From Candidatus Rokuibacteriota bacterium (GTDB lineage: Bacteria > Methylomirabilota > Methylomirabilia > Rokubacteriales > CSP1-6): DNA of 64,000 bases. Each line of letters opens with the position of its first letter. Within the stretch, counting starts at the first letter, position 1. The stretch spans positions 4,980-68,979 of the forward strand of contig QHSL01000071.1 in the NCBI GenBank assembly GCA_003220435.1, read 5' to 3'. Both the position numbers and the translations under genes were made by a program. The notes beneath the pieces are model-generated. The model was given only the letters and a program-made list of their open reading frames with translations, did not search any database and had not been told where the DNA came from. Shown in pieces: positions 9,157-18,009 of this stretch.

Positions 9157-10074
9157 ATGACCGCGGAACCCAGCATCGTTGGACGCGAGCACTGGACCCA
9201 CAAGGCCGACATCCGGCTCTTCCTCTGGGAAAAGGCGGCGGGTGCTTCGGCGGGGCCGCGCGGCACCGTCCTCTTCGTCCACGGCTCGTCGATGGCCTCG
9301 ACGCCCACCTTCGATCTTCAGGTGCCCGGGCGAACGGATTCCTCCGCGATGGATCACTTCGCGCGGCTCGGATACGACACGTGGTGCGTGGACATGGAGG
9401 GCTACGGCCGCTCCGACAAGCATCGCGCGATCAACTCGGACATCGCCACCGGGGCCGACGATCTCGAGGCGGCGACGGACTACATTCGCTCGGTTCGCGG
9501 AGTCGAATCGTTCCTGACGTACGGCATCTCGTCCGGCGCGCTGCGCGCGGCCCTCTTCGCCCAGCGGCATCCCGAGCGCGTGCGGCGCCTGGCGCTCGAC
9601 GCGTTCGTGTGGACGGGGCAGGGAAGCCCCACGCTGGCCGAGCGCACGAAGCGCCTGCCCGAATACCGGAGCAAGCACCGCCGCCCGATCGACCGCGCCT
9701 TCGTGCGCAGCATCTTCACGCGCGATCATCCGGGGACGGCCGACGACGAGACCGTTGCGGCCTTCGCCGACGCGATCCTGGCCCTGGACGACTCCGTGCC
9801 AACCGGCACCTACGTGGACATGTGCGCGCACCTTCCGCTCGTGGACCCGGCCCGCATCACCGCGCCGACGATCATCATGCGCGTCCAGTACGACTGCATC
9901 GCGAGCTTCGAAGACCTCGTCGAGTTTTTCAGGCTGCTTCCGAACCCGGACAAGCAGTTCGCCGTCATGCCCGGGATCGCCCACGCGAGCTTCCAGCAGA
10001 AGAACTACCGGATCCCGTACCACATCCTGCACAGCTTCTTCAGCCAGCCCGCCCCGATCTACCGGGGGGACTGA
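9157..10074 (+). CDS. Alpha/beta fold hydrolase
   Basis: FVHGSS, DMEGYGRSD, nucleophile elbow GISSG, C-terminal GIAH. Confidence 0.85.
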   Translation: MTAEPSIVGREHWTHKADIRLFLWEKAAGASAGPRGTVLFVHGSSMASTPTFDLQVPGRTDSSAMDHFARLGYDTWCVDMEGYGRSDKHRAINSDIATGADDLEAATDYIRSVRGVESFLTYGISSGALRAALFAQRHPERVRRLALDAFVWTGQGSPTLAERTKRLPEYRSKHRRPIDRAFVRSIFTRDHPGTADDETVAAFADAILALDDSVPTGTYVDMCAHLPLVDPARITAPTIIMRVQYDCIASFEDLVEFFRLLPNPDKQFAVMPGIAHASFQQKNYRIPYHILHSFFSQPAPIYRGD

Positions 10075-10094
10075 GCGATACGAGGGAGGACCGA

Positions 10095-10300
10095 GTGACT
10101 CGGACGCTGACGATTGCCTGCGTCGCCCTGCTCCTGCTGGCCGCCACCGCGAGCGCCCAGACGACGCCGTTCACGCCCGATCCCGTCGATCTCGCCGCCG
10201 CCAAGAAGGAGGGCGGCGTCACCTGGTACACCTCGACTACGACCAGATCGAGAAGGATGCCAAGAGCCTCAAGGCCCGGTTCAACGAGATCTTCCAGTAG
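10095..10300 (+). pseudogene. ABC transporter substrate-binding protein remnant (N- and C-termini joined by a large deletion)
   Basis: GGAGG RBS, then GTG start, a signal peptide and AAAKKEGGVTWYTST (typical SBP N-terminus). At CTCGAC (10232-10237) it switches frame to DYDQIEKDAKSLKARFNEIFQ* (typical SBP C-terminus). Confidence 0.75.
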
Positions 10301-10302
10301 GG

Positions 10303-10330
10303 GAGAGGGGCGACGGGCGCCGCCCCTCTC
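10303..10330. terminator. Hairpin between convergent genes, probable bidirectional terminator
   Basis: GAGAGGGGCG-N8-CGCCCCTCTC perfect 10-bp stem; no U-tract. Confidence 0.55.
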
Positions 10331-10336
10331 GTCACC

Positions 10337-11296
10337 TCAGCGAATCGCGATCGGCGCCACGCTCGCGCCCGTGAACCCCTGCAGCTTCAGCGGCTGCATC
10401 ACGAAGGCGAACTCGTGTACGCGCTTGGCCACGAGCTCGTCGAGCTTCAGGTTCTCGAGCAGGTGGATCCCGTTGACCACCAGCATGATCTGGTGGACCG
10501 GCAGCGAGACCTCCTTGTCCGGGTTCGGATTGACTTCGACCGGCACGTTGTCGGCGCCGACCAGCATCGGATCCTGCTTGGCGATCCACTCGGCCGCCGG
10601 CGCGCCGATGCCCGGGCCGCTTCGCATGTAGCGGGCGTTGTCCTTGCCCCACAGCTTGCCCCAGCCCGTGTGGATGATGACCGCGTCGCCGGGCTGAAGT
10701 TTCTGGTTCTGTCGCTGCAGCGCCGCTTCGAGATCGGCCACCGTGATCTCATAGGTATCGCCCAGCATGTCGACGCCCTTCAGGCCGGCGACGTCGATCA
10801 GCACTCCGCGCGTGATCAACGAGCCCACCTTCTCGATGCCGACTTTGGTGAAACCGGTGCGCGTCGAGATCTCGTCGAGCTTGTAACAATTGTAGACCTT
10901 GTCCTCGATGGTCTGATGGGCGAAGCCGTCGAGCTGAGTGCCCACCTGACCGATCTCGCTGAACAGCACTTCCTCGTTGCTCCCGCGGCGGTTGGACTGC
11001 GGGTTCATGAAGGTGCGCTTGACGTGGACGTCGAAGCGCCGGGTCGCCGACATCGGCATCGTCGCCGAGAGGACGTGGCCGAGCTCGACGACTTCCCCGG
11101 TGCGCACGAGCTTCATCGCCTTGAGCACCGAGTCGGGCTTCATGTGGTTGGCCGATCCGCGCTCGTCGCCGGCGCCCCACTTCGAGGGACACCGCTGGCT
11201 CTCGGCAGGCGGCCGCCAGCTCGGGCCCTGAGCCGCCGCCGTCGAAAGACCGAGCGCCGCCGCGATCACCGCCAGACCGATGACGATACGTCGCAT
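10337..11296 (-). CDS. Secreted cyclase-family (kynurenine formamidase-like) metallohydrolase
   Basis: Signal peptide, WGAGDERGSAN, GQVGTQLDGFAH, TRGVLID, GDAVIIHTGW, GIHLLENL, GASVAPIA. Confidence 0.85.
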   Translation of the reverse strand: MRRIVIGLAVIAAALGLSTAAAQGPSWRPPAESQRCPSKWGAGDERGSANHMKPDSVLKAMKLVRTGEVVELGHVLSATMPMSATRRFDVHVKRTFMNPQSNRRGSNEEVLFSEIGQVGTQLDGFAHQTIEDKVYNCYKLDEISTRTGFTKVGIEKVGSLITRGVLIDVAGLKGVDMLGDTYEITVADLEAALQRQNQKLQPGDAVIIHTGWGKLWGKDNARYMRSGPGIGAPAAEWIAKQDPMLVGADNVPVEVNPNPDKEVSLPVHQIMLVVNGIHLLENLKLDELVAKRVHEFAFVMQPLKLQGFTGASVAPIAIR

Positions 11297-11321
11297 ACCC
11301 GCCTCCTTTGGTGGTTGGACG

Positions 11322-12077
11322 TCAGGCGATTTTGATGATTCCGGGCTCCACCTGCTTGAACCGGTCGGCCACCTGCGGATCGTGGCCGGCGACCACGAGC
11401 TTGGTCGAGCCGGCGAGCGCGTCGATCGTCTCGAAGGCCGTCAGCATCTCCGGCAGGCTCGTGATGATCTGCACGGGCTGGCGCGTCTCGACGTTGTGAT
11501 AGAAGTGCGACGCATCGGAGGTGAGCACGACGGGCCCACGTTTCGTTTCGACCGTGACGATCTGCAAGCCCGCGGTGTGGCCGCCGACCCGGTGGACGCG
11601 GATGCCCGGCCACACCTGCTGGTCGCCCTCGACGATCCGGATCTTGTTCGCATAGTTCAGCGTCACCAGATGCGCCAGAGCGTCGACGTTGGCCGAGCCG
11701 CGAAAGGCCGGTGTCCGCCCGAACGGCCCCGTCCAGAACGCGACCTCGGCGCCCTGGATCCAGAACTCGGCGTTCGGGAACAGGCTGTGGCCGGCCCAGT
11801 GGTCGTAGTGCAGATGCGTGATCAGCGAGATCGGCACGTCGGCGGCCTTGACGCCGGCGCGCTCGACCATCGCCGCCGGGCTCACGTAGTTGCGGATCCC
11901 GCGGGCGCGCGCGTCGTCGTCGAGGAATCCGGTGTCGACCAGGAGCGGGTGCGGTCCACCGAGAATCAGCCACACGAAGTAGTCGAGCGTGAGCTTCTCG
12001 TGCGAAGACTCGCGATAGAAGAACTGGCATTTCGTCGTATCCCGCTCCGCGTACTTGAGCGCCAGGATCTCGTACAT
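11322..12077 (-). CDS. N-acyl homoserine lactonase-family MBL-fold hydrolase
   Basis: LVDTG, THLHYDHW, GGHTAGLQ, LTSDASH, AGHDP. Confidence 0.85.
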   Translation of the reverse strand: MYEILALKYAERDTTKCQFFYRESSHEKLTLDYFVWLILGGPHPLLVDTGFLDDDARARGIRNYVSPAAMVERAGVKAADVPISLITHLHYDHWAGHSLFPNAEFWIQGAEVAFWTGPFGRTPAFRGSANVDALAHLVTLNYANKIRIVEGDQQVWPGIRVHRVGGHTAGLQIVTVETKRGPVVLTSDASHFYHNVETRQPVQIITSLPEMLTAFETIDALAGSTKLVVAGHDPQVADRFKQVEPGIIKIA

Positions 12078-12121
12078 GAAGTGACCTCCCGGCCGGGAAC
12101 TGTACTATGATCGCCCGACAT

Positions 12122-13102
12122 ATGACCAGCCGTGAGCGGGTCATGGCGGCGCTGCGGGGCGAGCGGGTGGACCGCGTGCCGGTGAGTCTCTGGCTGCACA
12201 ACTTCGCCACCGAGAATTCGGCCGAGACGCTCGCCGCCGAGACCCTGCGGCTGGCTCGCCGCTTCGAGTGGGACTTCCTGAAGCCACAGAGCCGGGCCCA
12301 GTGCTTCGCCCAGATGTGGGGGCTTCGCTATGCGCCGTCGCACGAGCGGGCCACACCGTACACCGTGACCCACGCGCCGCTGGCGACCGCGGCGGATCTG
12401 AAGCGGCTCGAGCCCACCGATGCACGATCCGGCGCGCTCGGCGAGCAGCTCCGGGCGCTCGAGATCATCCGCAAGGCCGTCGGGCCGGACACGCCGATCA
12501 TCTGGACCGTGTTCTCGCCGCTGATGGTCCTGCCGTTTCTGCTGCCCGGCGGACGCGCCCAGGCGGTGTCGCTGATGCGCGCGGATCCAACGGCGGCGGA
12601 CCACGCGCTGGACGCGATGGCGGTGACGCTCGCGGCCTACGCGCGCGGCGCCATCGCATCGGGCGCCGACGGCCTCTTCTACGCCACGAACATGGCGACC
12701 CGCGAGCTGTCGACCGTCCAAGAGTGCCGCCGCTTCCAGCGGCCGTACGATCTGCGGATTCTGCACGAGGTGGAACGCGCCCCCTTCAACCTGCTTCACG
12801 TCTGCGGCGCGGGCGTGCTCTTCGACGAGTTCGTCGACTATCCGGCGACGGCGTTCAGCTGGGCCACGGTGGCCAGCAACCCTTCGCTGAGCGAAGTCCA
12901 TCGGCGCACCGGCCGCGCTGTGGTCGGCGGGTTGCCGGCCAAACCCGAGATCGCGAGCCTGTCGCCGAAGGAGATCGAGGCCCGCGGCCGTCGCGCGAGC
13001 GCCGAGATGAGTGGGCGCTATCTCCTGCTCGGTCCCGACTGCTCGATCAACCCCGACACACCCGACGACGTGATGGACGCGGCCATCGCCGCGACCCGCT
13101 GA
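12122..13102 (+). CDS. Uroporphyrinogen decarboxylase-family protein
   Basis: MTSRERVMAALRGERVDRVPV, TVFSPL, GADGLF, LLHVCG, LLGPDCS. Alternative start at 12107. Confidence 0.8.
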   Translation: MTSRERVMAALRGERVDRVPVSLWLHNFATENSAETLAAETLRLARRFEWDFLKPQSRAQCFAQMWGLRYAPSHERATPYTVTHAPLATAADLKRLEPTDARSGALGEQLRALEIIRKAVGPDTPIIWTVFSPLMVLPFLLPGGRAQAVSLMRADPTAADHALDAMAVTLAAYARGAIASGADGLFYATNMATRELSTVQECRRFQRPYDLRILHEVERAPFNLLHVCGAGVLFDEFVDYPATAFSWATVASNPSLSEVHRRTGRAVVGGLPAKPEIASLSPKEIEARGRRASAEMSGRYLLLGPDCSINPDTPDDVMDAAIAATR

Positions 13103-14305
13103 CTACATCGTCGGCGAGCTGAACTCCCCGCCGAGCACGACCAGCCCCCACGGCCACGCCTGCGCGTCCCAGCTGAAGCCGATGTGGGCGGCGAGCGCGT
13201 GCTGGTCGCGGAAGAGGCGCTGGATCGGGTAGCGGTCGTAGATGCCGTTGGCGCCGGCGAGCGCGTGGAGCGTGTCGACGGTCTCGGTGCAGAGCTCCAT
13301 CGCGTAGGCCACGTTGCGCTTGAAGCGCAGCTTCTCCTCGATCGTCGGCGCGCGGTGGGACTTCGCGATCCGCTCGGCCTCCAGGCAATCCGACCTGATG
13401 ATCAGGCGCGCCGCGTCCACCTTCGCGCCGGCGGCGGCCACGCGGAGCTGCACCGCCTGAAAGTCGCGCATGCGCATCGCCGTGTAGTTCGTGGATCGCT
13501 CGCGGATGGCCTCGATGGTGAGCTCGAGCGCGGCCTGGGCGTTGCCGACGCCGGCGCCCGCCAGGCAGTGCGAGCCGAGGGCCGCGAGCGGCACGCGAAA
13601 CATCGGGTTGTCGGTGACGCGCGCGCCCGGGAACTCGCCGCCGCCGCGTATCAGGTACATGGAGAGCGCGCGGTGCTCGGGGACGAAGACGTCGGTGGCC
13701 CGCACCGATTTGGAGCCGGTGCTGCGCATGCCGAGCACGTTCCAGTCGTCGACGACCTCGTATTCACCCCGCGGGACCAGGCACATGCGGTGATCGACGA
13801 CGCGATCGCCGTCGCGGACGATCACCGCCAGCATGTTCCAATCGGACGGGTCGACGCCGCTCGAGAAGTTCCAGAAGCCGCTGATGACGAAGCCGCCCTC
13901 CACGCGCCGCCCGCGGCCCTGGGGAAAGGCGATGCCCGAGGCGATCACCGCGTCGGGGTTCTTGCTCCACACCTCTTCCTGGGCGCGCTCGTCGTAGAGC
14001 GCCAGCATCCAGTGGTGGACACCCAGGTTCGCGACGTTCCATCCGGTCGAGGCGCAGCCCCGGGCGATCTCGGCCGGAACGTCGAACAGCGCGACGAACT
14101 CGAGCTCCATGCCGCCCCAGCGCCGGGGTTGGTGGAACCGGAGCAGGCCGGTGCGGTGGAGGTCCTCGATCGTCTCCCGGGGCATCTCGCGCCCGACCTC
14201 GGCGGCCGCGGCGCGCTCGCGCAGGACGGGTACCAGCGCCCGGGCCCGACGCATCGCCTCGTCGTAGTCGACGTGGGCGAAGCTCGCGCCGGGGCGTTCG
14301 CTCAC
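13103..14305 (-). CDS. Acyl-CoA dehydrogenase-fold flavin-dependent monooxygenase (HsaA/C2-type oxygenase component)
   Basis: QPRRWGG, IARGCASTGW, SGFWNFSSG.D, DDWNVLGMRSTGS, PIQRLFRD.H...AH. Confidence 0.85.
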   Translation of the reverse strand: MSERPGASFAHVDYDEAMRRARALVPVLRERAAAAEVGREMPRETIEDLHRTGLLRFHQPRRWGGMELEFVALFDVPAEIARGCASTGWNVANLGVHHWMLALYDERAQEEVWSKNPDAVIASGIAFPQGRGRRVEGGFVISGFWNFSSGVDPSDWNMLAVIVRDGDRVVDHRMCLVPRGEYEVVDDWNVLGMRSTGSKSVRATDVFVPEHRALSMYLIRGGGEFPGARVTDNPMFRVPLAALGSHCLAGAGVGNAQAALELTIEAIRERSTNYTAMRMRDFQAVQLRVAAAGAKVDAARLIIRSDCLEAERIAKSHRAPTIEEKLRFKRNVAYAMELCTETVDTLHALAGANGIYDRYPIQRLFRDQHALAAHIGFSWDAQAWPWGLVVLGGEFSSPTM

Positions 14306-14775
14306 CCGCGCATCCCGGCGGCCTGGGGCATGTTCGAATAGTCCTCGCCGCCCCAGTCCTTCACGTCCTTGAGCCCGAAGAAGTTCAGCTCGATCGTGAG
14401 GCCGTTCGGGTCCTTGATGAAGATCTGGTACAGGTCGAACTCCGGCAGCGAGCGCGGCTGGAAGTCGATCCCGCGGGCCCGCAGGCGGCGGATGAAGTCG
14501 CCCGGCTCGCTCGCCAGGAACGCGATGTGGTCGACGACGCCGGCGTGGTCCGTCGCCGCGTTCTTCGGCGTGCCCAGGTAGTACATATCCGCGTTGTCGA
14601 TGCCATCCGGCCCCATGTGCACCTGGATCTTGCCGTTCACGCCGAGCCAGTAGCCCGGAAACGGGAAGCTCGGGCGCGGCATGACTTGGAAGCCGAGCAC
14701 CTCGCAGTAGAAGTTCTTGGTCTGCTCGAGGTTGTTCGCGCGGATGAAGTAGTGGTTGAGCTCCGTCAGCGGCAT
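14302..14775 (-). CDS. VOC/glyoxalase family protein
   Basis: LNHYFIR...FYCEVLG, FPFPGYWL, VDHIAF, QIFIKDPNGLTIELNF. ATGA-type overlap with the monooxygenase. Confidence 0.85.
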   Translation of the reverse strand: MPLTELNHYFIRANNLEQTKNFYCEVLGFQVMPRPSFPFPGYWLGVNGKIQVHMGPDGIDNADMYYLGTPKNAATDHAGVVDHIAFLASEPGDFIRRLRARGIDFQPRSLPEFDLYQIFIKDPNGLTIELNFFGLKDVKDWGGEDYSNMPQAAGMRG

Positions 14776-14894
14776 GGCATCCTCCCCGGCGCGCGCGCCG
14801 TCTTTCCGCGATGGTACTTGAAAATCCTTCGGCTCCGCAAAGTGTGGACCGGAGCCGTCATCCGCCGTATCCTCCCGGGCGGGAGGAGAAACTC

Positions 14895-15398
14895 ATGGAC
14901 CCGAACGTCAAGAAGACCACGCTGCGAATGATTCCCTACGGCCTCTACGTCCTGACCTCGGGGCATGCGGATGGCCGCGTCGCGGCCGGCACCGTCAACT
15001 GGGTGACCCAGGTCGCGTTCGAGCCGCCGCTGGTCGTCGTCGGCGTGAAGACCGATTCCCACAACCATCCGCTCATCAAGGAAACCAAGGCCTTCGCCCT
15101 CAACGTCCTCGGCAAGGGCCAGCAGGCGCTCGCCTACACGTTCTTCAAGCCCGCTGAGAAGAAGGGCGACACGATCTCCGGCGAGCCATTCCGTCCGGGC
15201 AAGACCGGGGCGCCGATCCTGGCCAGCACGCCCGCGTTCATCGAGTGCACGCTCGAGACGACGGTCGAGATGGGCGATCACTCGATCTTCGTGGGCAAGG
15301 TGGTCGAGGTCGGGCTCAGCAAGACGCCGGACGGACGGGCCGACGACGCCACGCTGTGGCTGAAGGAGCTCGGCGACAAGGTCTTCTACGGCGGCTAG
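14895..15398 (+). CDS. Flavin reductase (HpaC/RutF-like)
   Basis: IPYGLYVLT, NWVTQVAFEPPLV, TGAPIL, GDHSIFVGKV. GGAGG RBS before ATG 14895. Confidence 0.88.
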   Translation: MDPNVKKTTLRMIPYGLYVLTSGHADGRVAAGTVNWVTQVAFEPPLVVVGVKTDSHNHPLIKETKAFALNVLGKGQQALAYTFFKPAEKKGDTISGEPFRPGKTGAPILASTPAFIECTLETTVEMGDHSIFVGKVVEVGLSKTPDGRADDATLWLKELGDKVFYGG

Positions 15399-15413
15399 GC
15401 ACCGCCGTCCAGG

Positions 15414-16106
15414 CTAGCGTCGCGCGCGTACCGTCGCCGGACCCCAGTAGGACGACTGGCCGGCGGTGGTCAGCTCCTGAACAACGTAGTAGTACTCCGT
15501 GCCGGGAACGACGGCCGCGTCGACGAACGTGTAGAGGTGGTCGTCGGTTGGGGCCCCGGGAATCAGGGCGTCGTTGACCTGGACGAAGTCGGTGCCCCAG
15601 CCGACGCTCCGCAGAATATGAAAGCCGGCCCGATCGCTCCGGGCGTCGACCTTCCATCCCACGACCACCCGCCCGCGCTCGGCAGTCGCGCCGACGAACC
15701 GGGCGGGCGCCGTCCCGGATGAGTTCACGATCACCGTTCCGACCATGCCGAACGACCGGTGCGGGATGCAGTGGTAGGGGAACTCTCCCGGCGCGGTGAA
15801 CGTGAACTCGAACGACTCCCCCGGCCCGAGCCACTGCGAGGGAAAGGTGCCGGAGTTGAAGCCGGACCGACGAGCGAGCGGACTGTCGGCGGTCGCGGTA
15901 TGGGGCTGGGTCGACGAGATATTGGTCCACCGGACCGTGTCGCCCGCCACGATCGTGATCTGGGCGGGGAAAAAGGTCAGGCTGTTCGTCATCTCCACTT
16001 GCCAGGTCGTCTGGGCGCTGGCGACATTCGGGCCGACGAGACCAAGGAGCATGGCGGCCACGACCGTCGCCCCCGTTCGCAACCCCCGCGAGCGCGACCG
16101 GCTCAT
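15414..16106 (-). CDS. Secreted plastocyanin/azurin-type cupredoxin with C-terminal Fn3/Ig-like domain
   Basis: Signal peptide; type-1 Cu ligands H (PHTAT) and YHCIPHRSFGM; C-terminal W...GFHILRS...YTFVD...PGTEYYY beta-sandwich. The upstream part of the 836-aa ORF is a shadow frame. Confidence 0.8.
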   Translation of the reverse strand: MSRSRSRGLRTGATVVAAMLLGLVGPNVASAQTTWQVEMTNSLTFFPAQITIVAGDTVRWTNISSTQPHTATADSPLARRSGFNSGTFPSQWLGPGESFEFTFTAPGEFPYHCIPHRSFGMVGTVIVNSSGTAPARFVGATAERGRVVVGWKVDARSDRAGFHILRSVGWGTDFVQVNDALIPGAPTDDHLYTFVDAAVVPGTEYYYVVQELTTAGQSSYWGPATVRARR

Positions 16107-16108
16107 CG

Positions 16109-17551
16109 TCACCGGCCGATGCTCTTGTGCAGCTCCGCCAGCGGCACGATCCGGCCGTGCAGCGGCAAGATCTGATCGACGGCCAGCGTGAGCCGCGTGA
16201 TGTTGTCCGCCAGGCTTACCCAGGTCGGGTTCACGCCCGTCGGTGCGGGCGCGTTCGGCGCCGGCGGCGTGTACACGTCCGCCTCGATCAGGAGCCTCTC
16301 CTTGGGGAGATGCACCATGACGAGCCCGGCATGGTGGACGTTGTCGGTGATCTGGTGGATGTCCACCGTGCGGGTCCCGTCCGTCAGGGCACGGCGAGCC
16401 CCCGTGCCTTCGACCGTGCCCTTCTTGCCCGACTTCGCCAGCCGGTCGGGATTCACGGTGGACGGCGCGGACAGCGTCTTCTCGAGGAACGCCTTGTTCG
16501 CGTCGTGGGCGATGACCGTCACGCCCTCCGCCGCGATGGCCCTGAGCCCGCCGGAGTGATCGAAGTGGTGGTGGCTGGCGATCACGTACTTGAGCGGTTT
16601 GCTCGAGAGCTTCTTGACCTCCCCGAGCACGGCCGCAGCCCGGTCGTCGTTGATCGGGCTTTCGACGAGGATGACGTGATCCTTCATCTCGATCACCACG
16701 CTGTGGTGGGTGCCTCCCGTCACGTACCAGACCCCGTCGGCCACCATCTGGCTCGTCACGCGGGCGTAGGGGCTCGGCGTGTTGAGAATCGGCTCGGGGA
16801 TCGTGATGTTCACGGCCGTGTTGGGCTGCACGTCGCTCACCGTCAGGTCGAGCGCGGAGTGCCCGCCGATCGTCTGCCGGATCTTCATCGGGAACTTCAC
16901 GCCGCCGAAATCCTTGTACTCCGAGTAGCGGATCTCGACCGGCATGTCGCCGAGCACGGCGTTCGGGACGACCGCGTCGATTCGCTCGACCAGGTTCTGG
17001 CCGTCGACGGTCACCCGGACCCGGAAGCGTCCGGGCACGGTGAACGAGATCGTGTTGCCCTGGACCGTCGCGTTGCTCGCGCTCGCCATCTTGATAACGC
17101 CGTGGGGTGTGGTCCACAGCTGGAGTTGCCGATCGAGGAGCGCGACGGGCGCCGGCGCGGCGGTTTCGCCGACCACGTTCCAGGCAAAGTCGCCGCGCGT
17201 CACGAATTCCTGGCGCTGCTCGCCGCCGGGCGCCAGTCCGCCGGCTCCGCCCCCGCGCTGCGGATTTTCGCCCAGCGTCCGCACCAGCAGGTCCCGGATA
17301 GAGGCGGTCTCGTAGCTCACGGTGCGCGTGTAGCTCTTGGCGACGAACCGGGGCCACGGAAGGTCCGGCGCATAGTTCTGGCCGACCTGAAAGTTCACGC
17401 CGTTGCCGGAGTACTGGATCGACTTGACGCTGCCCGCGCCCATCGCCTTGGCAACGGCGTCGAGGGCCACGCGGCTGTCTTGCGCGTCGCCGGCCAGGGG
17501 TGAAAGGGTCACGAGGATGGCCATCAGGATCATGGTGAGGAGTCGGCGCAT
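16109..17551 (-). CDS. Secreted MBL-fold metallo-hydrolase with N-terminal beta-rich domain
   Basis: Signal peptide, SHHHFDHSGG, LPLHG. GGAGG RBS. Confidence 0.85.
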   Translation of the reverse strand: MRRLLTMILMAILVTLSPLAGDAQDSRVALDAVAKAMGAGSVKSIQYSGNGVNFQVGQNYAPDLPWPRFVAKSYTRTVSYETASIRDLLVRTLGENPQRGGGAGGLAPGGEQRQEFVTRGDFAWNVVGETAAPAPVALLDRQLQLWTTPHGVIKMASASNATVQGNTISFTVPGRFRVRVTVDGQNLVERIDAVVPNAVLGDMPVEIRYSEYKDFGGVKFPMKIRQTIGGHSALDLTVSDVQPNTAVNITIPEPILNTPSPYARVTSQMVADGVWYVTGGTHHSVVIEMKDHVILVESPINDDRAAAVLGEVKKLSSKPLKYVIASHHHFDHSGGLRAIAAEGVTVIAHDANKAFLEKTLSAPSTVNPDRLAKSGKKGTVEGTGARRALTDGTRTVDIHQITDNVHHAGLVMVHLPKERLLIEADVYTPPAPNAPAPTGVNPTWVSLADNITRLTLAVDQILPLHGRIVPLAELHKSIGR

Positions 17552-17586
17552 TGGGACCTCCTGGACGGTCGGCTCGGGCGGTCGGG

Positions 17587-17615
17587 ATGCTAGCAGCGGT
17601 CGTGGCTGGCGTCAA
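17587..17615 (-). promoter_or_regulatory. Sigma70-type promoter for the MBL hydrolase-cupredoxin unit
   Basis: Minus strand TTGACG-N17-TAGCAT with an extended -10 TG. Confidence 0.6.
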
Positions 17616-17676
17616 ACGCCCGAAGCGCGTAGAGTCCCTGCGAGGTTCATCTCGATCGCAGAGAAAGGAGCACACC

Positions 17677-18009
17677 GTGAGCACCCAGCCAGCCCCATCC
17701 ACGGCCCGTGAGGTGGTGCGCCCGGTCGCGCCGAAGCTGATCGACCTGAGCGAAAAGGTCCTGTTCGGCGACGTCTGGGAGCGCCCGGGACTGTCCAAGC
17801 GCGACCGGAGCCTGATCACGGTCGCCGCGCTGACCGCCATGTACCGCACCGACCAGCTGGCCGGCCACCTCGAGCGCGCGCTGGCCAACGGCGTCACCCG
17901 CGAGGAGATCGGCGAGCTCATCACGCATCTGGCGTTCTACGCCGGCTGGCCCAACGCGATGACCGCGGGCTCGATCGCGCGACGGGTCTTCGACGCGAGG
18001 AAGCCATGA
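17677..18009 (+). CDS. Carboxymuconolactone decarboxylase (AhpD-like) family protein
   Basis: VLFGDVWERPGLSKRDRSLITVAAL...HLERALANGVTREEIGELITHLAFYAGWP. AAAGGAG RBS before GTG 17677. Confidence 0.88.
   Translation: MSTQPAPSTAREVVRPVAPKLIDLSEKVLFGDVWERPGLSKRDRSLITVAALTAMYRTDQLAGHLERALANGVTREEIGELITHLAFYAGWPNAMTAGSIARRVFDARKP

Noticed and set aside
15414-17924. Apparent long fusion ORFs in the track (15414-17924, 37423-39168, 38208-40175, 40279-41796, 44837-46030, 50219-51913, 60257-63742)
   Set aside because: The N-terminal parts are out-of-frame overlaps of the upstream genes. True starts are supported by RBSs or stop/start overlaps.
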